Of a DNA stretch of 64,000 bases, positions 50,446-60,626 are shown one piece after another. Where the stretch lies: NCBI GenBank assembly GCA_000091205.1, contig AP006491.2. The stretch is one strand, 5' to 3'. The notes beneath the pieces were generated by a model. That model worked only from the letters and a program-made list of their open reading frames with translations. It was not told where the DNA came from and did no database searches. The position numbers and the translations under genes were made by a program. Positions within the stretch are counted from its first letter, which is position 1. Each line of letters opens with the position of its first letter. This DNA is from Cyanidioschyzon merolae. Its lineage: Eukaryota.

Positions 50446-53367
50446 TCACAAACAGCGCAACAGCCAGTGCAGGTCAAAGAGCGTCAACCTCGGTTGACGC
50501 ATTACATCTGGATCCCCACCAAGCACATTCTGATAAAGCGCTCTCTTCTCATGCTGAAGCTGCATGACACGTTCTTCGACGGTATCACGCACTACCAGCC
50601 GAATTACTTGCACAGACCTCTTTTGGCCCAGCCGATACACGCGATGAATCGCCTGCTCCTCCACAGCAGGGTTCCACCACGGATCCACCAGCACCACATG
50701 ATTCGCTTCCGTCAGATTGAGGCCAACCCCGCCAGCGCCCAGAGACATGAGCAAAATCGGATACTCAGGACGCTTGAATAGCGAAAGATTCAGCTCCCGT
50801 TCCTCCGGACGCATCGATCCATCGAGACGACAAACAGCTTGACCACGCGCCGTCAAGACATCTTCGCATATATCAAGAAAGCTCGGCCATTGGGAGAATA
50901 CAATCCACTTCTCGGTCGGCGCCTGGATACGACCCTGATCCAGCAGGGCCATCAGCGTGCGCAGCTTGCTCGACGATGAGCCTCCGTCGTGCGTCGAGTC
51001 GCGCAGCGCAATCGCCGTCCAGGCACGGATCAGCGCTTCCAGAAGCGTCGCGCGCCTCGCTGTCTCCGGCGCGCTGGCATCGCGTTGGTGCCAGGCCCTC
51101 GGGGCGTGTCCGTTGTCCTGCACGCAGGCTGCAGCCTCCGTGCAGGACGCATCCGGAACCTGCGCAGGGGCGTCGCACATCGAGTCGATCTCAACGTGTC
51201 CGGATCCGGATGCGACAGCGCCTCGATCCGGTGCGTCGGGGCCTTGCAGTACTGCGCTGCGAGCTTGCTGCTCCTGCATGCTGCTATCCGCGGTGCACGG
51301 AGCGGTCCGCAGACGCTCTACGTACGACTTCAACAGGGTATAGTGATCACAGATTTGTCTGAGTCGCGTGATCAGGACGAACGTGTTCACGAAACTGGAT
51401 GGATTCGCGTCGTTGGTCGAGAGATCTCGGAGAAGTTCGCGGCCAACGGACTCCATGCATTCGTAGAGATGCCGTTCGGCTGGCGAAAAGTCCACGTACT
51501 CGACGGTGTCGTGGCGCGGCTCTAGTTCGAGGATCGGTCGGCCATTGACAGTGTCGTCGCGGCAGCGGCGCAGAAGCACGGGGCACAGCAAGCGACCGAG
51601 AGAACCGGCGGCCTCTGTGTGGTCCACGTTGTCGGCAGTGCCCGAGACACTGCTCAAGATCCGCGAGTAAGCCTTCATGCTGGAACATGCCGGATGACGC
51701 AAAAATAGCAGCAACGCCAGCACGTCATGTACATTGTTCTGGACAGGGGTTCCAGTGAGGCACCATCTGGAGCGAGCTTCGACAAGGCAAGCCGAACGGG
51801 ATACCCGGGAGTTCACGTTCCGGATGTTATGCGCTTCGTCAAGAATCACGCGATACCATCGGTACTGAAACAGGGGTCCAGCGCTGCGCAGAATCTGTTC
51901 TTTTTCTGGGCTCAACTGGGGGCTCTCCGCGCACAGCACAGCATACGTCGTGAGGACGATATCCGCGCACCCCAACTGAGGCCGGAGATCAGCTCGATTG
52001 GATCCATGGTAGACGACAACGCTGGGTCCGAGGCCCTGCACGGTGCTCTTCCGAATTTCCTGCGACCACTGTCGCAGAAGCGATAACGGGCACACAACCA
52101 ACGTCGCCGGTGAAGATGCTGGCGCCTCTCGCATGTCTGCGTCAGCTTTGTTCAGTAAAATGAGAGATATCGCAGTGAGCGTTTTGCCCAGACCAGGTTC
52201 ATCGGCGAGAATCCCGCCCGCAGGGGTCGTCGGCGATCTCTCCCGCTCTCTGGCGATCATCCATGCTACTGCCTGACGCTGGTGTTCGAGAAGCTCGAGG
52301 CCCGGCGTAAACGCCACCGGGGTTCGTACGGCAGACGCGCTCCTCTTCGATTCGATCCAGGTATTCGGGTCCGCATCCAGCGCTCGATGACTCGCGACCA
52401 GCATCGACGCTCGGGGCACCGGGTCGGAAGCATCTCTGGGGTCCGCGCACGACATTTCCGATGCGTCCATCAGCGGCCGGTTTTCTGGCGTGAACAGGAC
52501 ATCACGGTCAGCAGCGGATGCACCAAGCTCCCTGCGTTCAAAGGTACCCGCTCGATGCTCATTCGCTATGAGCGATGTTTGTTGGATGCCTCGGCGCGCG
52601 CGCATGCCGTTGCCAACATAGAATGCTTTGCCGCGACGTCTACGACTCCGACCATGATCACAACTTTCTTGGTCAACAAGTTCAAGCGAAGGCGAGCTTT
52701 CCCATGACTTGGATTCCTCCTCGTCGACCGCAAGCGCTGCAAATCGTTCCAGGTACGCATCCGCGAGCGTTACTGCGCTTTCGGACGCGCACTCACAGCG
52801 CTGTATCGCCAAGCTGCCAGCAGGTGCCGCACGCAGTCCCAGACGCGTCAACTCCATGGCGATTTGGTCGCTGCTCAAAGAGGTGCGTGTATGTTGCCGC
52901 TCGGGGGTGAGCGTACCGCCATGCATTCCAGGGTACTCGCGAAGAAGCTCGTCAGTCGTTGTTGTTGTCGCAATTGAAGAGCCAGTCGATGGGCAATCAT
53001 CAATGTCAACCTCATCCATTGGACTGGGCGAATCGTATTCAATCCGTTGGGCGGCGCTGGTGCACGCCGGATCCCCGCGCAGACAGCCGCATATGTCGGG
53101 CTCCGGCAGGTCCACATGCGCACTCTTCACGCTACGGCAAGCGTTCCTACTGCTTCTGCTGACGGTGTTGTTCTTTGGTGCTCGGCACTGCGTCATCGTG
53201 CGGGTTCCAGGGAAAGGAGTCGCTGCTTCAGGTTTCCGTGGGATTCCGACGTTCAACTCCCTTTCCTCGGTGGTGCTCTCTGGCAGCTCCAGCACCACCA
53301 AGTCGCTTTCTGAGCTCTCTCCAGACGAGATCTCGACGACCAAACTATCTGAACCAGTTTTTTCCAT
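50446..53367 (-). CDS. SNF2-family DNA-dependent ATPase (Rad5/Rad16/Ris1-like helicase core; no RING finger apparent)
   Basis: 973 aa. Motif I is GGILADEPGLGKTLTAISLI, motif II is YRWYRVILDEAHNIRNVNS, and motif III is WCLTGTPVQNNVHDV. The helicase-C region is LMSLGAGGVGLNLTEANHVVLVDPWWNPAVEEQAIHRVYRLGQKRSVQVIRL. The N-terminal 330 or so aa are acidic and Ser-rich with no recognisable domain. Confidence 0.85.
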   Translation of the reverse strand: MEKTGSDSLVVEISSGESSESDLVVLELPESTTEERELNVGIPRKPEAATPFPGTRTMTQCRAPKNNTVSRSSRNACRSVKSAHVDLPEPDICGCLRGDPACTSAAQRIEYDSPSPMDEVDIDDCPSTGSSIATTTTTDELLREYPGMHGGTLTPERQHTRTSLSSDQIAMELTRLGLRAAPAGSLAIQRCECASESAVTLADAYLERFAALAVDEEESKSWESSPSLELVDQESCDHGRSRRRRGKAFYVGNGMRARRGIQQTSLIANEHRAGTFERRELGASAADRDVLFTPENRPLMDASEMSCADPRDASDPVPRASMLVASHRALDADPNTWIESKRSASAVRTPVAFTPGLELLEHQRQAVAWMIARERERSPTTPAGGILADEPGLGKTLTAISLILLNKADADMREAPASSPATLVVCPLSLLRQWSQEIRKSTVQGLGPSVVVYHGSNRADLRPQLGCADIVLTTYAVLCAESPQLSPEKEQILRSAGPLFQYRWYRVILDEAHNIRNVNSRVSRSACLVEARSRWCLTGTPVQNNVHDVLALLLFLRHPACSSMKAYSRILSSVSGTADNVDHTEAAGSLGRLLCPVLLRRCRDDTVNGRPILELEPRHDTVEYVDFSPAERHLYECMESVGRELLRDLSTNDANPSSFVNTFVLITRLRQICDHYTLLKSYVERLRTAPCTADSSMQEQQARSAVLQGPDAPDRGAVASGSGHVEIDSMCDAPAQVPDASCTEAAACVQDNGHAPRAWHQRDASAPETARRATLLEALIRAWTAIALRDSTHDGGSSSSKLRTLMALLDQGRIQAPTEKWIVFSQWPSFLDICEDVLTARGQAVCRLDGSMRPEERELNLSLFKRPEYPILLMSLGAGGVGLNLTEANHVVLVDPWWNPAVEEQAIHRVYRLGQKRSVQVIRLVVRDTVEERVMQLQHEKRALYQNVLGGDPDVMRQPRLTLFDLHWLLRCL

Positions 53368-54244
53368 TTCGATGGTAGCTTCACCACCAGATTGCCGTTT
53401 TGCTATACACGCTCGCGACTCGGTACGTCGTGTGCCAGGGACGGCACCTTTGCGAAACGTTAACCGCAGCGTGTGCCCCTGCAGGCGTCTTCGCCTCGGC
53501 TTCGGCCGTCGCGACTGTACGCGACAGCCTCAACTGCGGTGCGCCTTGCACTCGTCAAGAACGTGGCAGTCAAGCGTTGTCAGATTCGCTGGAACTGACG
53601 CTCCGGCTAAGCTGAACAGTGCGCGCAGCGGTCCACAGTGGAGACCGCAGCGGGCCACGCAAACGTTCAGAAACTTTATTTTCTTCCACGCCGTCGTTAT
53701 CGCAGCTCTTTCGGTGCAGAGGTTCCTCCAGCGTCTCCTATCGGTCAATCAATGCTCTGGATACAATAAACCCTCTTTCAAGCACTTTTGCGAGAAACAT
53801 TGGCGTGCTCCTCGCGAGCCCCTGTTCCGGCCAAGGATCGCTGAGACGCATCGCGATTCAGTAACGGATCGCTTGGCTGCGGCGCTAGCGGGAGCCGCAT
53901 GCAGCCGCCGTTTTGCCGTTGATGGGCAGGCGCGCGCCACGTGGACGGCGGATTCGCTGGGCGCAGGCGTGGCTCCAGCCATACCGGTTATCGATCGCTT
54001 GAGAGCGGGGGCGCGCGCTGCGGCAAGCGCGACCGGCTGCAGGAACTGAAGCCAGATCTCGCGGCGTCGGAAAGCCGCTGCAACGAAGTGCATTCGCGGG
54101 GCCCTGCGTCGGAGGCGCTCTGGCTTCGCGCTGGCCGCGGAGCGATCATCGCGCGGGTGCGCCCGTACGGCTCCCCGCCAGTCGCCTTATGCGGTGTGAC
54201 GCACCCGCAATATCTGGCTGACAGCGCGTACCGATGCTGCCCAC

Positions 54245-56146
54245 GTGACGGCGTCGTTTGCATCGACGAAGAGCGGCAAGAGTTATCCCGACTGGAAGCG
54301 CGATTATAGTCGTTCACAGGAAATGCGTTTGCAGCGAGAAGCTGCTCAGCTTGACGAAGAGGTTGTTTCTGTGGACTGCCTTGGTGATCCCGGCCTGGAA
54401 CCCGAAGCCGCATCACAGCCGACGCTGGCGATGGATGCACCTCCGACCTCAAGTAACGCGCCGGGACGTTCGCAGCGAGCTTCTCACCGCGTCCAGGAAA
54501 CTCCGGGGTCGCTTGCAGGTGCTTCATCAGGGTTTCAAGACGCTTTTTCGGGTTCAGAGCCGCAATCTCTATCGGCAAGTGTGGGTTTAGTGGAAACCGC
54601 GGAGTATGGGCAGGGGTCGAACAGCGTGACATGGCGGTGGCGGTTCCTCGCCGACGTCACTGCACAACCGCCGGACTGCGCCGAGCGCGTTACGCCGAGT
54701 GTTGTGTACTCCGACCTGACAGAACAGACGCCTAGCTGCAGATCATCGCTCGATCGCGAACGCTCGATAGATTTTTTGTTGGGGTCTTGCGGTACTGTAG
54801 AGGCCGAGGGTTTCGCGCACATCAAGGTAATCGACTCAGAAGATGAACGCGAGATCGCTCAGAGACGGTTGCAAATGAAGGAGTTACAGCGTTCGACGAA
54901 GCGCTGTTGGTCGACTGCTCCCTGCGACGCGGATCACGTCATCGAGGAGCCCCTCGCAACGATGACGCCCGTCGCCTCCCAGAAGCAGGCGTCGATGTTG
55001 CATTCGGCGGGGTGCTCGGCGCTCTGCACGCCGCACAAACGGCGCTCTCTGCGGAAGAAAGAGGCGAGCTGTTCAGGAGATTTCCGGTCCTTCAGTAGAA
55101 AACAGCTGCGGCCGCGCTCCACCGGTCAGGCTGCCCGAAGGCTCACGATCGATGCCCTACCAGCGGACGTTTTGGCGCTGGTGTTCCGCCATCTGAAGCT
55201 TTTGCCAGATCTGAGCCTGCACTCGTCCATGGTGAACAGGTCGTGGCGTGAAGTAGCCATGGATCCGCGACTTTGGCGAGAAGTTGACTTTGAACATTAC
55301 GAAAGGGTGAATGACGACGTCGTGTTGAACTACACTAGGCGCGCGCAAGGGCGGGTGAGCCTTCTGGACTTGTCCAAATGCCATCAGGTTTCCAATGCAA
55401 CCATCATACAGGTGGTTCGGGAGAATCGCCATCTTCGCACCATCCGCTTAGCTTGGTGTAACTCAGTGACTGATGCTGTGGTCGTTGAGATTGCGAAATG
55501 TTGCAATGAGTTGCAGGAGATCGTCCTCGCATGTTGTGTGCACGTGACCGGAGTCGCCATCGACGCCCTGGCCGAGCACTGTCCATCATTGAAAGTGGTG
55601 AACCTCGCCTGTCTCGGTAAGATAGAGTCGCAATCGCTTGTCAGGCTCTTTCGAAGATGCGGCAGTCTCGAGCAGCTCCATATCGTGAATGCTGCGGCTG
55701 TCGATGATCGCATCGTGGCACTGATGGCACGACGCTTGCCGCGCCTCAAGTACCTGGATCTCTCGTGGTGCGCACACGTCACTGACGAAGCAGTTTACCG
55801 CCTAGCCAGATACTGTCGCGATCTGGAACATCTCGAGTTGGGCGATACGAAAGTATCGTCACATGGGGCGCGAATGCTTCTGCGTTGCTGCCGCAAACTT
55901 AAGGTCTTAAGTTTACCACGGTGCGTTTTCATCGATGACGAACTTATTCACGCTATCCTCGCTTTCGCGGCAGATCGTTTGGAATCGTTGAATGTTGCCT
56001 CTTGTAACCGAGTGAGTGACGACGCATTGCAGCTTCTCGTAGAGCAGTGTACAAACTTGTGCAAGCTCGACGTCTCGAAATTGCCATGTCGTCAGCTGGG
56101 TGGCATCCTGCGCAGGGCAAGCTCGCATCTAGAGATTTTTTACTGA
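54245..56146 (+). CDS. F-box/LRR-repeat protein (FBXL/Skp2-like); the N-terminal 300 aa are uncharacterised and the start is uncertain
   Basis: The F-box LPADVLALVFRHLKLLPDLSLHSSMVNRSWREVAMDPRLWREVDF lies at about 55150..55290. It is followed by about 10 cysteine-containing leucine-rich repeats (LSKCHQVSNATI, LAWCNSVTDAVV, LACCVHVTGVAI, LSWCAHVTDEAV, VASCNRVSDDAL). Confidence 0.7.
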   Translation: MTASFASTKSGKSYPDWKRDYSRSQEMRLQREAAQLDEEVVSVDCLGDPGLEPEAASQPTLAMDAPPTSSNAPGRSQRASHRVQETPGSLAGASSGFQDAFSGSEPQSLSASVGLVETAEYGQGSNSVTWRWRFLADVTAQPPDCAERVTPSVVYSDLTEQTPSCRSSLDRERSIDFLLGSCGTVEAEGFAHIKVIDSEDEREIAQRRLQMKELQRSTKRCWSTAPCDADHVIEEPLATMTPVASQKQASMLHSAGCSALCTPHKRRSLRKKEASCSGDFRSFSRKQLRPRSTGQAARRLTIDALPADVLALVFRHLKLLPDLSLHSSMVNRSWREVAMDPRLWREVDFEHYERVNDDVVLNYTRRAQGRVSLLDLSKCHQVSNATIIQVVRENRHLRTIRLAWCNSVTDAVVVEIAKCCNELQEIVLACCVHVTGVAIDALAEHCPSLKVVNLACLGKIESQSLVRLFRRCGSLEQLHIVNAAAVDDRIVALMARRLPRLKYLDLSWCAHVTDEAVYRLARYCRDLEHLELGDTKVSSHGARMLLRCCRKLKVLSLPRCVFIDDELIHAILAFAADRLESLNVASCNRVSDDALQLLVEQCTNLCKLDVSKLPCRQLGGILRRASSHLEIFY

Positions 56147-57343
56147 AGTAGATTGGTCATGCACCCTGAATCACGGCGATGAGCCTCGACAACCTGCCGG
56201 CCGATCGGCATTCCGCACCACAGCGTTCCGTTCTTGACGTCGAGGCACTCAGCTGCTCTGCGCTTCGCTCAACTGCATTCGCTCCAACAAGCGTAAATAC
56301 TCGGCACCATTCCCTGAAAACATCACAAGTACATTCGCGCACCTATTGCAGGTCATTTTGAAGGTGTTCGCCCACCTGTGCGTCGTACGCGAAGCTTAAG
56401 ATAACGTCGAAAGACCGGCGCCCTGCGCGACGAACCCGCGCTTCAAGCACCAACGCTGGGAGAATGGTGACCACCCGTTGGACCGCGTTCACGCAGGGGC
56501 ACCGGCGTGCGCTCTCAAGTCGCCGCGAGCACGCTGGAGTGCGCCTACGATTAACGTCACCTTGGAATGCGTGCGGTGCTTTTTCTGTCCCCTGATACGT
56601 GCGAGAAGCAAAGCGCCATGCAGCAATTATTCGTTCGAAGGAGACGCATTCAATCGATGGTAGCCTGGTGGACCCACTGACCCACTCCATGGAATCTTCC
56701 GTGGATTCGCGCTTTCCGAAAAAACTCGCTTTTTACAATGCGAGCATTCGCAACAAGATGCGTTGCTTTCGCAACGCCTCCACGCGGCACGCATGCAATC
56801 ACGGCACGGATGAAGCAGCAAGTCCGGGCGAAACGCGGGAAACGATCATCACGCCGCGGGAAGGGCATCGTGAATGCGTGCACGGGAGCGATCGGCGCCT
56901 GCTGTCGGTGACTCGGACGCATTCGCATCCATGCATCCACGATGCGCCTCTGCACCGTGCACTACGTCGACGTGAAACCAGCACGCACCCCGTTGGTAGG
57001 ACTAGATATCTTCAAGGGAATGGATGCCGAATACGGTCATCGCTAGCAACATTATTGGGTTCGCTCCGAACTCAGTTTGAACACAATGATAATGTTCCCT
57101 GAGGGCTGCCAGCGGCAGCGGCCAGGTTCTCGGCGTCTTCGTGTCCTGCAGCACCTCGATACGGGGTGCTTCGTCAGAGCACACCGGAAGGCGCGCCCTT
57201 GCAGGCATGCAACGCAAACATCAACGAAAGCTTCCGATGCTGAGCAACTGCAACTCGGACACTGCACCCCATGCGTGCATGCTATCAACAGATCCACCAT
57301 TTTCGTCAAACGCACGGCGTGCGGACGCATGGTACACTCCAGC

Positions 57344-57853
57344 TCAAGAGGTCTCCGCTAGTGCGAGTACCTCGCGGCTCCGCCACACATCCTGAGCTGA
57401 AAATGGAACCCCGAGGCTTTCCAAGCGTTTCTCCAGCTTCCTTCTTCGGCAGCAGTTGCTCTGCGCAGCGCCAACAGCAGCCTGATCACGGAGAAAGCGC
57501 TGCCGTTCCACAACCCGAGTGGACACCGGTCGCGATCGCTGCAGCACTCGGAGACGTGCGGCCCGGTGTAGTCGTTCTGGGGGAAGCTCGCGCACCACGA
57601 GGCGTCTTCCAAACAGCAAGTACCCGTCCATAGTTTCCGCTACAATATGAGCCACTTTTGCGTCATCAAAGTGCACAAAAGCATACCCCCGAGAACGACA
57701 CGTTCGGCGGCTTCGTGCCAAGAACACGTGACGTACACGTCCGAACTGCGAGAAGAAGCCTTTCATCTGGCTTTCGTAAAAACCGTGCGGTATGTGACCT
57801 ATGTACAGTACACCTCCGTGGACCCGATGCCTCCGCTTCGTGGGTGCCATGTC
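57344..57853 (-). CDS. NIFK: NIFK/Nop15-like RRM protein (pre-60S ribosome biogenesis)
   Basis: GVLYIGHIPHGFYESQMKGFFSQFGRVRHVFLARSRRTCRSRGYAFVHFDDAKVAHIVAETMDGYLLFGRRLVV matches NIFK/Nop15 ([47 protein letters not shown]...VAKIVAETMNNYL). The six-frame ORF extends to 58084; the start is assigned to MAPTKRRHRV at 57853. Confidence 0.75.
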   Translation of the reverse strand, partial: DMAPTKRRHRVHGGVLYIGHIPHGFYESQMKGFFSQFGRVRHVFLARSRRTCRSRGYAFVHFDDAKVAHIVAETMDGYLLFGRRLVVRELPPERLHRAARLRVLQRSRPVSTRVVERQRFLRDQAAVGAAQSNCCRRRKLEKRLESLGVPFSAQDVWRSREVLALAETS

Positions 57854-58217
57854 GAACGTCTCTGTCACAAGGAGAGAACACGCGTCACCGAGACGCCTCC
57901 GTGACGTTTCGTTGCAGCGAAGTAGCCACGTCGACACAGCCGTTCCCAGCAGCGAATGCCTCGCCGGCACACAAGCGCCGCCACCGACGCCGCGGCGTAT
58001 GCGGGTACGCGAAAGCCATCGGCAATGGGCCGTGGGCAGCAGCCTGAACAGCACCTGGCTGCCGCATACGCCGGCCTCCCTCAAAGGTTATGTCGGTAGC
58101 GCAGCTGGACGTCTCCGAAAAGCGAGTAGCCGGGAGCTTTCGTAGACTGGGTGCAGCGTAAACAGTACCAGGCATTCTGCCCGGCAATATGCGCGTTGCC
58201 AAATACTGACTACGCCA
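57854..58217. promoter_or_regulatory. Short divergent intergenic region between the NIFK-like and ribokinase genes (putative bidirectional promoter)
   Basis: About 360 bp lie between head-to-head start codons. Regulatory function is inferred only. Confidence 0.3.
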
Positions 58218-59444
58218 GTGTGTTTGAAAATGGTTGGTAACCAAGAGAAAGAAGTTGAACGAGACCTCGTTCCATGTAGCGTCCTGGTGGTTGGTTCATC
58301 AAACACCGACTATGTGTTATCGGGACTGAATCGGCTTCCTCAGCTCGGAGAAACGGTGCTTGTACAAGGAGCTAACGTAAGTTTCCGAACCGCGGCCGGA
58401 GGAAAGTCGGCGAACGCCGCTGTCGCTGCGAGCCGGTTCTTTGCAGGTGAAGCTCAGGGCTCCGTCAGCCTCATCACCAGTGTAGGCGAGGACGAGAACG
58501 GTCGCAACGCCCTGCAGAACTATGAGCGCGAAGGCATCTTTGCGGCTCTGAGTAAGCGCTCTCCTAGTGAGGCTTCCGGAATAGCGCTCATTCTCTTATT
58601 GAGCTCCGGCGAGAACGCTATTCTCGTGGCTCCTGGGGCGAACGCGAACCTTCGACCGATGGACTTTGAAGCCACAGCAGTGGACGGGCACGGAGAGGCA
58701 CGCCTCGCAGAACTACGCGCTGCTTCAGTCGTCTTGATGCAGTTGGAAATACCCTATGAAACCGTTCGATGGGTGGCGGATGCGTTGTATGCACCACCGC
58801 TTCCCCGACAAGGGCCAGTGCTGATCGTGAACCTGGCGCCGATGGGATGCGAGTTAACAGAGCCAATGCTCCAGGAGCTCTTCTTCTATGGCCCTATTAT
58901 CGTTGTGAATGAAGTAGAATGTGGCCAGTTGCTGCGTATCCTTTGGGCAAACAGTACGGAGGTACTGGAAGAAACGCTGGAAACTGCAGCGCACGACGAC
59001 TGGCGAACGTGCCTGACGGGCTTGATGGAGCGCGCACCCGCGTTGGCTGCCATAATCCTCACTCGGGGTGCTGCCGGCGCCTGTGCAGTGCACCGTTTCG
59101 GGACGGCGTCTGGAACTGGGTCGACACTTCAGTGGATTCAGGTGGCGGCAGTACTAAGCGTTGGTTCTGCATCAGTCGTCGATACCACTGGGGCAGGTGA
59201 TTGTTTCTGTGGATATTTGGCAGCAGCGCTGGCGCAAATCCTCTACAGACGCTCAGCTCATGCCTCGCGCCATGCAGAGTCGGCAACTGCTTCGCGGAAC
59301 TTGAGTTTAGATGATGCTGATTTTTCGAGAGCGCTGCGCTACGCAACAGCAGCAGCGACGCTATCTGTGACTCGAAAAGGCGCACAGGAGAGCTACCCCA
59401 TGCGACAAGAGGTAGAGCGATTTCTGCGGCTCTGGAAAGACTGA
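58218..59444 (+). CDS. RBKS: Ribokinase (PfkB carbohydrate kinase family)
   Basis: The N-terminal substrate-binding motif is VLVVGSSNTDYVLSGLNRLPQLGETVLVQGANVSFRTAAGGKSANAAVAASR (ribokinase GG motif). The C-terminal ATP/anion-hole motif is DTTGAGDCFCGYLAAAL. Confidence 0.8.
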   Translation: MCLKMVGNQEKEVERDLVPCSVLVVGSSNTDYVLSGLNRLPQLGETVLVQGANVSFRTAAGGKSANAAVAASRFFAGEAQGSVSLITSVGEDENGRNALQNYEREGIFAALSKRSPSEASGIALILLLSSGENAILVAPGANANLRPMDFEATAVDGHGEARLAELRAASVVLMQLEIPYETVRWVADALYAPPLPRQGPVLIVNLAPMGCELTEPMLQELFFYGPIIVVNEVECGQLLRILWANSTEVLEETLETAAHDDWRTCLTGLMERAPALAAIILTRGAAGACAVHRFGTASGTGSTLQWIQVAAVLSVGSASVVDTTGAGDCFCGYLAAALAQILYRRSAHASRHAESATASRNLSLDDADFSRALRYATAAATLSVTRKGAQESYPMRQEVERFLRLWKD

Positions 59445-59580
59445 CTAGGTAGCATACGCGCACACCGATCATGATCAGAGACCGACCACGTACACCGCTG
59501 TGGAACTGCGCTCTGGTTACCCACTTGACACGATTGGGATCCCATTGACTGCTGCGAGCCCGAGGTTGCAACCCAGAGGA

Positions 59581-59840
59581 CATTGCAATGTGTGCCTAGT
59601 CGCCACGACATGCATTCGCGTGCGGGCCTATGCCCATGATCGGTGAACTGGCTTGCATATGCACAAATTCAAACATTCGATCGACATACTGCCCTTCGGT
59701 ATAGGAAAGGACATTGCAATGTGTGCCTAGTCGCCACGACATGCGTTCGCGTGCGGGCCTATGCCCATGATCGGTGAACTGGCTTGCATATGCACAAATT
59801 CAAACATTCGATCGACATACTGCCTTTCCGCATAGGTTAT
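59581..59840. repeat. Tandem duplication of a 130-bp unit, 2 copies with 3 to 4 mismatches
   Basis: gacattgcaatgtgtgcctagtcgccacgacatgc[a/g]ttcgcgtgcgggcctatgcccatgatcggtgaactggcttgcatatgcacaaattcaaacattcgatcgacatactgcc... occurs twice back to back, in the intergenic region downstream of ribokinase. Confidence 0.85.
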
Positions 59841-60249
59841 GCGATGGAACCACAAGCATGAAACACAATAGCCCCGCAACGTCATCAAAGGCGGCAGTGC
59901 GCCCTGCGAACGGCTGCTCGCTCTGGCATCTGAGTATCGCAGCACATATTGGGGTCCAAGTGAATGAGCATCACGTGGCTTCATCGTAGCTGCCAGTCAT
60001 CTACGACTTTTTTCTAAAAGCCGCACCTCGCCCCCTTGAAAGTTTGTGACTTTTATGCTTGTCGTGCCCACAAATAGACGGGTGGTGCGTAAACGCCTTT
60101 TTCGCTCCTTGAGACTGTGTGGCGCGAAAGCTACCCAGACCCGCGCCCTCAACGACAATACTTTTGCACCACGGATACGCATAAAACGTGCTATGCGCTC
60201 TTTTACCGGTCTTGCGTGTCGGGAGGAGAGATCTCTTTCTTCGTGCCGC

Positions 60250-60450
60250 CCCAGTTACGCTCACGTCCCCAGTACCGAGCTACCTGTGGAACGTCCAACG
60301 TTCCAAGCATTTCTGTGAGGAAGTATAGATGGTTGCCGGTGGACCTTGACGGTGGGATGAGATATGATTGACGCTTTCCCGAAACTCAACACCCACCCGT
60401 CTCGCAAGCTGGGATCCATGGTCCATGGAAACGTTTTTTCATCGGAAAAA
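60250..60450 (-). mobile_element. Short fragment of the same transposon family (copy e)
   Basis: The reverse complement of 60330..60440 (cgtttccatggaccatggatcccagcttgcgagacgggtgggtgttgagtttcgggaaagcgtcaatcat) aligns with 39050..39140 of copy c (cgtttacatttaccatggatcctagattgcgggatgggtattggctttcgggaaagtgtccatcat). The encoded peptides are FPWTMDPSLRDGWVLSFGK and FTFTMDPRLRDGYWLSGK. Confidence 0.45.
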
Positions 60451-60626
60451 GCATCACAAGATCCAGAATCCCGGATAGGCATCAACGCGGAGCGACGCAC
60501 TCTGCAAAATCAAGAGGAGGCTCGCTTCTGGGTACACATCAGCTGCGTAGACGCTCGGAAGCTGCTAGGATTGGATAGTATCCCTGCCACGGTTCCGCTT
60601 ATGCCCTCATCTAGGTCAAGAATAGA

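Noticed and set aside
52709-54049. 446-aa plus-strand ORF overlapping the SNF2 gene on the opposite strand
   Set aside because: It is low-complexity (Ser/Ala/Arg-rich) and antisense to conserved helicase motifs. Treated as a GC-rich frame artefact.
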